Translations under genes and position numbers: made by a program
Shown here: one piece after another, positions 13,847 to 23,884 of the stretch
Layout of the letters: each line of letters opens with the position of its first letter
Position numbering within the stretch: the first letter of the stretch is position 1
DNA from: Nitrospirales bacterium
Lineage (GTDB): Bacteria; Nitrospirota; Nitrospiria; Nitrospirales; UBA8639
Assembly: GCA_965203295.1 (NCBI GenBank)
Contig: CBDBCZ010000016.1
Span: 896,001 to 960,000, forward strand
Reading direction: 5' to 3'
Length of the DNA: 64,000 bases
Notes under the pieces: generated by a model
The model's input: the letters and a program-made list of their open reading frames with translations, nothing else
Database searches by the model: none
What the model was told of the DNA's origin: nothing

Positions 13847-14000
13847 TATTCATGTGTCTTAATTATTCTGGACAAGGAAACCCACAAGTGTTTTGAGCAA
13901 GTGCTGCTATATAAACTGGCCTGGGACCTACCATATGTGTGCACCCTACAACTCTGCTACTCCATTATGTAATAATTTTTGGAGGGCTTCTAATGGAGCC
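13847..14000 (+). ncRNA. Unit 6, subfamily B cassette (RNA ~13933-14000)
   Basis: TATTCATG 13847, TATA 13908, Sm 13974-13982, GGCTTC-TAAT-GGAGCC. Confidence 0.75.
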
Positions 14001-14031
14001 TATTACAAGTAGACTTGCACAGGGTTGGCCC

Positions 14032-15183
14032 TAGTCTCGCGAGCCAGCTGGTTTTTACCAGCCGCAGCACGCGAACGGCTGGTACTAAGATTGATTTACG
14101 TTTTCCGCGTCTGTTTGTTTGTGCGTCCGCACTTATCACGTGCGCAAAATATTACGTCATACGTTACTATGCAACTGCAGTGTATAGCAGCTTTTGGAGG
14201 TTTGCGGGCCAAGCTACAGCAAATGAAGGTAGTTTTGTGTTGCCTAGATGGCGAAAATATGGTAGGTAGCCGTAAAGATCCTGTTTTGGTGGCGTATAGC
14301 TACTAACTGGAGGCGCATGACGAAACTGCTGAGTCAGCACTTTCGCTGTACCGCTCTAGGAATATAGTATCTCTGGCTCTACAGCTGTAGTTTAATAGCT
14401 TGGTCTAAGCTGAGTTGTGTGTATTGTACGGGAAAGGCGTCCGGCTGGTTTTTTAGACATGAAATGTCAGACTTGTTCTTTTTTTGGGGGGACGGGGAAA
14501 AACCGTCTGGTGACGACTGCCAACTAACCGTTGCGCACTAGAATGTAAGTCACGAGATGGCTATGCAATTATTGACCGCAAGCAATTTTTCACGCTTCTC
14601 TGAGTAATCTCGATGGAAGGCAATGGCGGTTTGCGTGGCTTGTTAGTTCTGTTGCAAGCGCGAACTAGCGGCAAAAACTCTACAGTGTCTCTACGCAGCA
14701 CGTAATCGCTCTGTTGTGTGACTCGTCACGAAGCTACATTCAGAAGCTGAGAGCGAAGCAGTTTTTTTCTCAGGACTCGGTTTGTATGCCGGGGATGTTT
14801 CAGAAAGCTGGAAAACTTGTGGAGCTCAGGAGTGAGGTGGTAATCTGAAAAGTGAGCTAGAGACGAACCTCAAAGTAGCAACTTCCCTCTGCCTGTTCGA
14901 AAACTCACAAAAACATCTCGTCCGCTTAGGAAGCTTTTTACTGCTAGCTCTTGCTTGGGACGCAACCCTCGATATCCTAGCTGCTTTGCAGCTGTGGCAA
15001 TCGCACACTCTAGGTCTCTCACAATAGCTGCTCGCCATTACTAGACTATAAGTTTTCTCTAGCTCTCCACGTTTGCTAATGATGCAATTACGTGAAGTCA
15101 TGTGACTACTGCAATTTCATTGGCTCTGCCCGCATTCCGGCAAACCGAAGGCACCAGATCCACCTTTGGCTGTGCACAAGACT
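14032..15183. mobile_element. Composite/decayed AcademH-like element(s)
   Basis: Starts TAGTCTCGCGAGCCAG; internal C..C / FVCRGCFRKLE fragment on + and QREVATLRFVS on -, paralleling element 20444-21179; part repeated at 15550-15960; right end uncertain. Confidence 0.45.
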
Positions 15184-16408
15184 AGTGCTGGGTGTGTTCA
15201 CTGCTCTAACTCTTAGTGTACCACATTACACATGCACAGTATATATGTACCATTCAGTGGAGGTTGTACACGATAGTGTAATAGCCTACTAGCCTACGTG
15301 ATCATGGAGCTGTAAGGAAGCTCAATAAAGCTGCCTGTACAGAAATAGTTTGGTTCAGTTTTGACCAAGCTCTGTTGTCAATACACAAGAAATTCTAGCA
15401 ATCACTTTCTGGACATCTACACGACCAAGACTGTTGTAGCTCATCACCTCAAGCTCTACAGTAGCAGACAGTAATTCAGTGACGGATGGATAATTTTATG
15501 CTGTAGTATCCACTAGTTTCCAAACTTCCAGTAATCTTGGAGGAACTATATTTTTACCAGCCGGAGTGCACGCAGCGCGTGAACGGCTGGTCCTAAGATT
15601 GCTTTACGTTTTTCGCGTCTGTTTGTTTGTCTGTTTGTGCATTCGCACTTATCACGTGCGCAATATATTACATCATACATTACTAAGCAAGTATGCTACA
15701 GTCTATGCTACAGTGTATGCAGGCCAAGCTAAAGCTACAGCCAATGAAGGTAGTTGTGTTTGCCTAGATGGCGAAAACTTGGTAGGTAGCCATAAAGATC
15801 CTGTTTTCGTGGCGTATAGCTACTAACCGGAGGCGCACTATGAAACTGCCGAGCCAGCGCTTTTGCTGTACTGCGTTATACAGCCTGGCCTAAGCTGACG
15901 TGTGTGTATTGAGTGTACGAGAAAGGTGCCCGGCTGGTTTTTTAGACATGAAATGTCAGCTGTTAGTGGCGTCAAGGTGGTTGACAGTTGTGTGTGGATG
16001 AGCAGATACAGTTCTAGTGCTTGGACGTCAAGGGAAGGTCGTGAATCTACCCTTCTGGTAGCTAATCTCTGAATCCATTAGTGCTACATACTTTAGGATT
16101 GGAATAAATGCCTGGGGACGAGGCGGTGTACATCATGCAGTAGTGTAAACCTGGAGTAGTTTCATTGAAGAACTCGTATGCTCCAGCCCTGGGGTCATTA
16201 TATTTGATGCCATACATGGTGTCTGTTTGGCGTGTGGGCAAGCAGAGGTCTGGGCACGAGACTGGAGATCTTTGTATCTGCATATAAGTGTTATTTTATA
16301 ACTGTTCCTTACAAATGGTAACTGAACAGATTGTGTAATTGTTTGCTCAAATAAGCTAGAACATGGTCTCATACCCAGCCATCCATGCCCCAGACTCCAC
16401 ATTATTGG

Positions 16409-16553
16409 TATTCATGTTTCCTATTTGCACTCAGTCTGTATGACCACAAGGGTTAGAGCAAGTGGTAGTAAATAAGGTGAGGTAGTGAACACAATAACAG
16501 GCTTTAACAACTCTTTTGTGATTTTTCAGTGGGCTTCGAATTATTCAGGAGCT
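16409..16553 (+). ncRNA. Unit 7, divergent cassette; candidate U7-like snRNA (RNA ~16495-16553)
   Basis: TATTCATG 16409, ACCACAAGGG..GAGCAAGTGG, TAAATAA 16469; CTCTTTT 16511-16517; non-canonical Sm-like GATTTTTCAG 16520-16529; stem GGCTTC-GAATTATTCA-GGAGCT. Confidence 0.5.
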
Positions 16554-16672
16554 GATACCTGAAGAGGTAGAGGACCACTGCAGAGTGGGAAATGTATATA
16601 TACTTCTAAGGAAGCCATTGCAAAATAGTAGTGTCAAACTTCAGTATAACACACTTTCCATATCAGTGGTTC

Positions 16673-16801
16673 AAAGGGGTATGCATACTGAATTGATCTT
16701 AATTAGTCCATAATGGTACGTCTCACTCCTAATTTGCTTCATTGACTAAGGGACTTATCATTATGGACTAATTAAGACCAATTCAGTATGCATACCCCTT
16801 T
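16673..16801. repeat. Long inverted repeat / small MITE
   Basis: AAAGGGGTATGCATACTGAATTGATCTTAATTAGTCCATAATG pairs almost perfectly with 16759-16801. Confidence 0.8.
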
Positions 16802-16977
16802 CCAGCTTCAAGATCAGACTATCCGGCTATAGGTTTTGTAGGTAGATGCGAGCGGCATGAACAGCTGCTTCAGCACCCAGGGGGGTGCCATACCCAAGCT
16901 GGCGAGGTGCAAGTAGGGCTCCCATGGTTGCTAGCTTGTTCCATTGCTAGTGGCTGGCGTTTAACAGGGTGTGATGA

Positions 16978-17139
16978 TAATCATGTTCATAATCATAATT
17001 GGATGGACAAAGAAACCCACAAGTGGTTTGAGCAAGTGCTGCTATATAAGCCAGGACAGGCACACTGCCATTACACACATGGAATGGTAGTACTGGTGAA
17101 TACTGAATAGTAAAATTTTTGGAGGCTTCTCAAAAAGCC
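16978..17139 (+). ncRNA. Unit 8, subfamily A cassette (RNA ~17068-17139)
   Basis: TATA 17043, Sm 17114-17122, GGCTT-CTCAAA-AAGCC. Confidence 0.72.
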
Positions 17140-17594
17140 ATTGCAAAAATACAGTGGAGTACAGTACCGTCAGTCAAGGTTGACCTTTACTAATCAGGTC
17201 TCATTAAAGTTAGTGTAGCTCAGTACTGTAGATTACGTATTGCACATTTAGTACAGATTTCTCCATTGTTCGTTTTGGACTTTTTCACTATAGCTCCCCG
17301 GCTCTATCACCTTAAAAATTGACTCATAAGGCGGCGTAGGAGTCTTTTGTTGTGTTTTAAAGCCCGAGCCCTTGAAGCGCCCGGCTGCAACTGCTGCAAC
17401 ATGGCAGAGCAGCGTGGCACTTAGTTGGTTCATTGCTGCTAAATTGATCTCATGAAAAAAGATATCGGGCTCTCCCCCGTCTTATGATGTTTTAGAGAGG
17501 AGACGATGCACATCATGCAGTAGTGCAAACCAGGAGTAGTTTCAGTGAAGGGCTCCTTCAAACTTGGGGTCAAGATATGTTCCCTTTTTGATTG

Positions 17595-18311
17595 TATTCA
17601 TGTGTCTTAATTATTCTGGAAAGGAAACCCACAAGTGTTTTGAGCAAGTGCTGCTATATAAACTTGCCTGGGACCTGCCCTAACAGCCACCTAGTCTCAT
17701 GCCCAGACGTGGCTCCTCGGTGACGCAAGTCCAAAAGGTCGTTTCAATGGCGGAGATATGGGCGAAGTAATGAGTGGTTTAATTGCAATTAGTGAAATAG
17801 TTCAGGCTTCAAAGCTGTATAAAAGCTTACTACGAACCTCTACAAGGACCGTTCTTGTATACTTGCACACAAATCTGAACTGAAAAGCAGGTACAACACT
17901 ATACAAAACGGAAAAATGAGCAAGGTACGGCAACTTAGCTTTCAGAGCTGATAACGAGAGTTGATCTTCTCATAAGCCCTCCTTTCGCCAAGATTATCTC
18001 ATTTTTGAAACTGCATAAAGAACTGTCTCAATTGCTACCTGATTTGAAAGGCTGCCTAAACCTACCCTAAAACTCAAACATCGCCATTTTCTCGGACCAT
18101 AATAGCATTCTTTTACGTAGTAATTGCAAATACTGCAATCTCATTGGATCCGCCTGGATTCAGAGCGAGTGAAACGACCTTTATGACTTGGGTCGCCAGT
18201 CCGTCTCAGCGAGGGCCTAGGGGAGGAGCAACGGTCTGGGCACGAGACTAACAGCCTCTGCAGCTTCATTGCTTCATTGAAGATAATTTTTGGAGGGCTT
18301 CTAATAGAGCC
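17595..18311 (+). pseudogene. Unit 9, subfamily B cassette split by a transposon
   Basis: Promoter/TATA 17655; element 17692-18250 sits in the variable segment; Sm 18285-18293 and hairpin follow it. Confidence 0.72.
17692..18250. mobile_element. AcademH-like element inside unit 9
   Basis: TAGTCTCATGCCCAGAC..GTCTGGGCACGAGACTA; diverged 9-bp TSD ACAGCCACC/ACAGCCTCT. Confidence 0.75.
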
Positions 18312-18795
18312 TATTACAAGTACTGGGTTAGTCCTTGTGATGGAACACTATAGAAAGTGGGTCTGTAATATGATGTAATGGGGGCCTCAACTCGAATATA
18401 CAAGGCACCAGACCCACCTTTGGCTGTGCACAAGACTAGTGCTGGATGTGTTCACTGATCTAACTTTTAGTGTACCACATTACACATGCACAGTATATAT
18501 GTATCATTCAGTGGAGGTTGTACATGTACACGATAGTGTGACAGCCTACGTGATCATGGAGTTGTATGGATGCTGTATAAAGCTGCCTGTATAGAAATAG
18601 TTTGGTCCAGTTTTGACCAAGCTCTGTCATTAATACACAAGAAATACTAGCAATCACTTTCTAGACATCTACACGGCCTAGATTGTTGCAGCTCGTCACC
18701 TTCTCAAACTCTACTTGTGTAACGGACAGTAATTCAGTGATGGATGGGTACGACGCTGTAGTATCCTATAGTGTCCAAATTCCCACTTTGAACTA

Positions 18796-18926
18796 GGAAA
18801 CCCACAAGTGTTGTGAGCAAGTGTTGCTATATAGAGTGGCACCATGTCCGTCACTTGGAATACGTTTCCCCAAGCTTTTGCTGTTTATGTAGAATTTTTG
18901 GGAGGCTTCTACACATAATGGAGCCT
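18796..18926 (+). ncRNA. Unit 10, subfamily C cassette (RNA ~18853-18926)
   Basis: GGAAACCCACAAGTG, TATATAG 18828, 5' stem CTTGG..CCAAG, Sm 18893-18901, AGGCTTC-10nt-GGAGCCT. Confidence 0.7.
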
Positions 18927-19308
18927 ATTGAAGGTATGCCTATGCTTACTGTGCTCACAAACTTCCCTTTTTATTTCCTTGTACATGCATACATGGATTG
19001 TGTCACTTTTATTCTATGTGTCTAGCTATTTTTGGGTTGGTTGCCCGGAGTGTTTTAGACGACAAAGATTTAGGCCTCCATTGATATGTTTATGGTTGTC
19101 ATAATTAATTTTTTTCCAGATATGCCAACTTTTCTGGGAAAAGATACTGGGCTCTCCCCCGTCTCCCTCGTCTTATGATGTTTTAGAGGGGAGAGCCTGG
19201 GGACGAGGCGGTGCACATCATGCTGTATTGCAAACTGGTTTTGTTCGAAGGACTCACGTAATGCTTCAACCATGGGTCAATAAAGTTGATGTGGTCCCTG
19301 TTTGATGG

Positions 19309-19459
19309 TATTCATGTGTCTTAATTATTCTGGACAAGGAAACCCACAAGTGTTTTGAGCAAGTGCTGCTATATAAACTGGCCTGGGACTGTGCTCTCAC
19401 ACCTGATCATCTTTACATTCACATCCAATAATAATTTTTGGGGGGCTTCTAATGGAGCC
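19309..19459 (+). ncRNA. Unit 11, subfamily B cassette (RNA ~19395-19459)
   Basis: TATTCATG 19309, TATA 19370, Sm 19433-19441, GGCTTC-TAAT-GGAGCC. Confidence 0.75.
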
Positions 19460-20255
19460 TATTACATGTGACCTGTGCTGGGTTAGCCCTTGTGTGTGTG
19501 TGTGTGTGGGGAGCACACTCCCCACACACCTTAGAAAGGTGGGTCTGGCCCTGAATATTCAAAGTTGAGCAGCGTTAGCCTCGTTCCCAGGCCCGCACGA
19601 AAGATGTCACAGGGCCTGGGATTGTGTGCGAGGCCAAGAGTAAAAAAGTAGTAGAAAGGTAATTATATGCGTAAGTGAGTACACGTGCAATTCTCAGACA
19701 ATGAGTGAAGGGAAGCGAACCTACACTTCTTGCAGCTTTTTGTAGCTTTTTTTATAGCCTGTTTGTGCTGCTGAAAGGAAGTCTCCGGTAAAATGTAGAG
19801 AAACGCAGCCGTCTTTTGAAGTGGATTATGCTGTAAGTTGATCATGTGACTTTAGTTACCAGGCCCTGTGGGTTTTCATCCGAACCGAAAAAGTTCGTAA
19901 TCTTGGGGAACTGTATTTTCTGCTGATAGTGACTTCAAGGTGGTAGATAATTGTGTGTGGATGGGCAGATACAGTTCACACTTCGTTCGTTTGCGCAGGG
20001 AAGGCCTGGGAACAAGGCTACAAGAGTCCATAATACAAATGAAAGGAGTGCTACACCTCAGTATAGCAATGTGGAAACACTGTTTGCATTTCTAATGATG
20101 TCATGGGGCAGGACATATTGAAGCCTCATATTCCCTTTCTGAGCAACAGTCTCAACCACAATTAGCTGTGTGTATGTACTCAGTGATAACCGCTGGTAGA
20201 AGATTCATCAGGGCACTAAACCTCTTAGTGGTTGGGCTCTCACAGGGTATAATGA

Positions 20256-20396
20256 TATTCATTTTCCATACTTGCATGGACAAAGAAACCCACAAGTGGT
20301 TTGAGCAAGTGCTCCTATATAAGCTGGGACAGGCACACCACTACTCAGAAGTGAGTTGTTTGATAGTAAAAATTTTTGGAGGCTTCTCAAGAAGCC
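20256..20396 (+). ncRNA. Unit 12, subfamily A cassette with short variable segment (RNA ~20340-20396)
   Basis: TATA 20316, Sm 20371-20379, GGCTTC-TCAA-GAAGCC. Confidence 0.72.
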
Positions 20397-20443
20397 ATTG
20401 CAAAAAAAGCACTGCAGATACTATCATGGAGTGGGGTCAGAGG

Positions 20444-21179
20444 TAGTCTTGTGCCCAGACCACACCTCTCCTGCCAGGTAAGGTGGTCTGGTGGCTTTCA
20501 CCTCGATCCTCGTTCTTTATTACGAAGTCAGGACTGTGTACATTATACTATAGTATGGTGACTATAGTATGCAGTTGTCAGGACTGAATGGAATGCTGTC
20601 TGGTTTGCCGAAAGGAAGTACCACTGTTGTCTAGAAGAACCATTCACTCAACACTGTCGGGCAGCCATGGAATCCGAGAGTTCTTCGTTTGGTTTGTGAA
20701 ACCCGGGTTAGTGTTTTCAGGCCCGAGTGATGGGCAGACGCTCTTTGTTTGTAAGAAGCTATGCTTCTCAAAACTGGAGCAGGCGTAGCAGAGAGATTTC
20801 CTGCTGCCTGTTGGAAGCGATACAAAAACATCCTTCCCAAGCGCAAACACTTTCACCTCCTTTGTTTGGTCATCTGTGGCACTATCACAGCCCATCTTCT
20901 GGACGGCACTTAGGAGAGTAATGCCTAGCTCGCTATCTGAAATCGAAACACTGATCTGTGGCACTAGCAACACATCTTCTCGGATAGCCATTTCGCTTTG
21001 TGAATTGATTGCTTCACATTAACATGCATTGTAGCAGAAAATTGTATTTCCAATGATTTTATTGGTTCGTCTGAAATTCTTAACGAAAAGTAATTATCTG
21101 AGACCTTTGCTGAAGACCGAAAATCCTACTGAACATCCCCAGATGAACTTTTGGGGGGTGTGGTCTGGGAACGAGGCTA
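20444..21179. mobile_element. AcademH-like deletion derivative with RecQ-helicase fragment
   Basis: TAG..CTA TIRs, perfect 9-bp TSD GGTCAGAGG; minus-strand GKDVFVSLPTGSRKSLCY resembles RecQ motif I. Confidence 0.8.
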
Positions 21180-22532
21180 GGTCAGAGGAGGTTGGGCACG
21201 TGGGTTGAGTTATAATTTCACCTGCTGGAGAAATTATCACTCATCATGTTCACAAGTACATCTCTAACTCACGCTTGCACCGTTCAAATGCACTGTAGTG
21301 GTTTTTAAGCGGGCCAATCACAGGCAAGCTGTAGCCTTCTGTCTTTGTCAGAAGCTGTGGCTATGACCTAGCTAGCTAGCTACATGCGTACATGGTTAAA
21401 GAATTCGAAACTTACATGCTCGAATGTACTGTCTGCCTTCTAGCACTCACACAAGTGGGAGAAACCAAAGCTCAGCTCTGTTGCCTTCTGTCCTTGCCAG
21501 AGACTCTAGCTAGACACCCTTTCTGACAGAGCCTTCTCCAGCCGCTTGCCTCGGAGTGCAGCAGCCTCCCTCGGCCAATGCCCCATCCTGTCTGCAAAAT
21601 GAGCCATGAGCAGTGGCTTTGTCACTGACTTGGCCTGAACCTAGATTCAGAACAGGGGGTTGGAATGTAAGAGTTTTGTTCAGTAGCTGTCATGAAGTGT
21701 GAGCGAGGTGGCAGTGCTAGTAGCTGTGGTGAGAGAGCAATGGTGATAGAAGATGTGAAAACACACTTCATCTGAAGAACTACTCTTTATAAATACCAAT
21801 GATGTCATGGGGTGGGGCCTCTATAGCTAGCAGTGGTTCTGTTTCTAAGCCAACCATAAGTAGCAGTAAGTGGGCGGTGACAGCCACTTGTACAGTACTA
21901 CTGACATTGATGGGATCTAGTGGTGTAATAGGTGTGGAGCTTTGATTATGGAGAAGAATGAGTCGAGGGCTTTAGCTTTCTCCCGATCCATGCAGCTGCC
22001 AGAAATGCCATTTTTGAACACATTATATTGTCTCCTTCCCCAAGTTCTGGGGGCATAATGAACATGTATACTGCTAGTGTGGGGCTCGCTCAGGCTCTCC
22101 CCAATCAAACTCTCTTAGGGTCTAGGCAGAGGAGATTGGAAGCAATCACATGTACGTAAACATTGCCATTCCATTGAGCAGAGTTATATGGTATCTAGCC
22201 TAAAGAACATTTCATAGCTCCCTCTACAGCACTCAAGGGGACAGGTGGGGACACCCCTTGGCTTGCAAGTATTAAGGTGGGCTACAAAACGATTGGAAAT
22301 GGATTGTCAGTGATTGAGCTTGCAAATTTTCCTCTGTACATTAATTACATTGAAATAGTGAGCTGTAATACTGCTCACTATTTCACTGTAATTAATGTAA
22401 AACTGGAGACTTTTACATGACATCATCAGATGGTATAGCTATCATCCCACCACAGTTCACGTGATCACTTCTGACCTCCCAGAGGCCTGGGTATGAGGCT
22501 GGGTTGGTGACCACGTGTTCCCTGTGCTATGG

Positions 22533-22666
22533 TATTCATGTACCCTAGTTGCAAATAATTTTGGACTAGGAGTGTTGTGAGCAAGGGCTGCAATATAAGG
22601 TGGCACCATGTCAGTCACTTGGATACACGTTCTCCCAAGCTTTTGCTGTTTATGTAGAATTTTTAG
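22533..22666 (+). pseudogene. Unit 13, degenerate subfamily C cassette
   Basis: Same promoter-box and hairpin deletions as unit 5; AATATAA; Sm AATTTTTAG 22658-22666. Confidence 0.65.
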
Positions 22667-22853
22667 TCTCTGTACATTCATACATGTATTTTGTCACTTT
22701 TATTCTATGTGTCTAGCTTATATTTTTGGGTGGGTTGCCCGGAGTGTTTTAGACAACAAGGATTTAGGCCGCCATTGACATGTTTATGGTTGTCATAATT
22801 AAATCTCTTCCTGACTGAGATAATGCTTGGTAGGTTGTCAGGTTTGATATCAG

Positions 22854-23467
22854 CAGGAGCGTGTCAAAGTGTACTACAAGGAGCACATCGAGCCGGCAAA
22901 GCTATACTAGTTGCATGCTATACTAGTATACTATACTAGCATGCTGCGAAGGAGCATGCAACTAGTATAGACGGCGAAAATTAGACACGGCATCCGGATG
23001 CTAGTTTTAGTAACCACCAAATATGGAATATATACACACGTGGGTACGTAAGTCGGTGAGCGGCAGCTTTACAGGCGACTACGAAGAGCGTTGGATGGTG
23101 ATACAGCTAACGCAGGCTCCGAGCACAACGACATTGATGTGAGGGTTAGTTGTACTAAGCCGTTATAACAGTCATTGAGCGTGGGTATGGTTGGACTCAC
23201 TTGTTGGAAGATCGGACCGTCTCCCATACGCTTTCGCTTCGGAGAACTAGTCATCTCGCTCAAGTGTATGCCGACACACCGCTTCATTTTTATCCACTTC
23301 GTGGCTTTCTCACTCTTAATGCTGTTACTTTTTTGCATCATAAAAATCTATATATGGATACTACTTTATGTAGATTATGACCGCCATGTTGGAATTTCGT
23401 CGTCTATGTAATGGACATGCATAGTTGCATGCTCCCTTGCCAGCTTTGCCGGCTCGATGCACTCCTG
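22854..23467. mobile_element. TIR element (CA..TG termini, possibly P-like)
   Basis: CAGGAG..CTCCTG termini with subterminal CATCGAGCCGGCAAAGC IR; ATATCAG/ATATCAT flanks; empty site at paralogous 13575-13595. Confidence 0.6.
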
Positions 23468-23726
23468 ATATCATCCATACAAGTGGTTCAGCTGATTGTA
23501 TAATTAAACAGCAGCTAGAGAAAAAAAGGCAGCCTGCTTACAAACACAGAAAAAGATACTGGGCTCTCCCTCGTCTTATGATGTTTTAGAGGGGAGAGCC
23601 TGGGGACGAGGCGATGCACATCATGCAGTAGTGCTAACCTGGAGTAGTTTCATTGAAGGATTCATGTAAAGAAAGCTTCATGTAAAGCTTCAACCATGAG
23701 GTCAAGATGTGGTTCCTGTTTGATTG

Positions 23727-23884
23727 TATTCATGTGCCTTAATTATTCTGGACAAGGAAACCCACAAGTGTTTTGAGCAAGTGCTGCTATATAAACTGGC
23801 CTGGGAGAGTCATTGCCTTCATAACAGCGACCACAACTTCATTGCTTCATTGAATACAATTTTTGGAGGGCTTCTAATATAGCC
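23727..23884 (+). ncRNA. Unit 14, subfamily B cassette (RNA ~23813-23884)
   Basis: TATTCATG 23727, TATA 23788, Sm 23858-23866, GGCT..AGCC stem. Confidence 0.72.
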
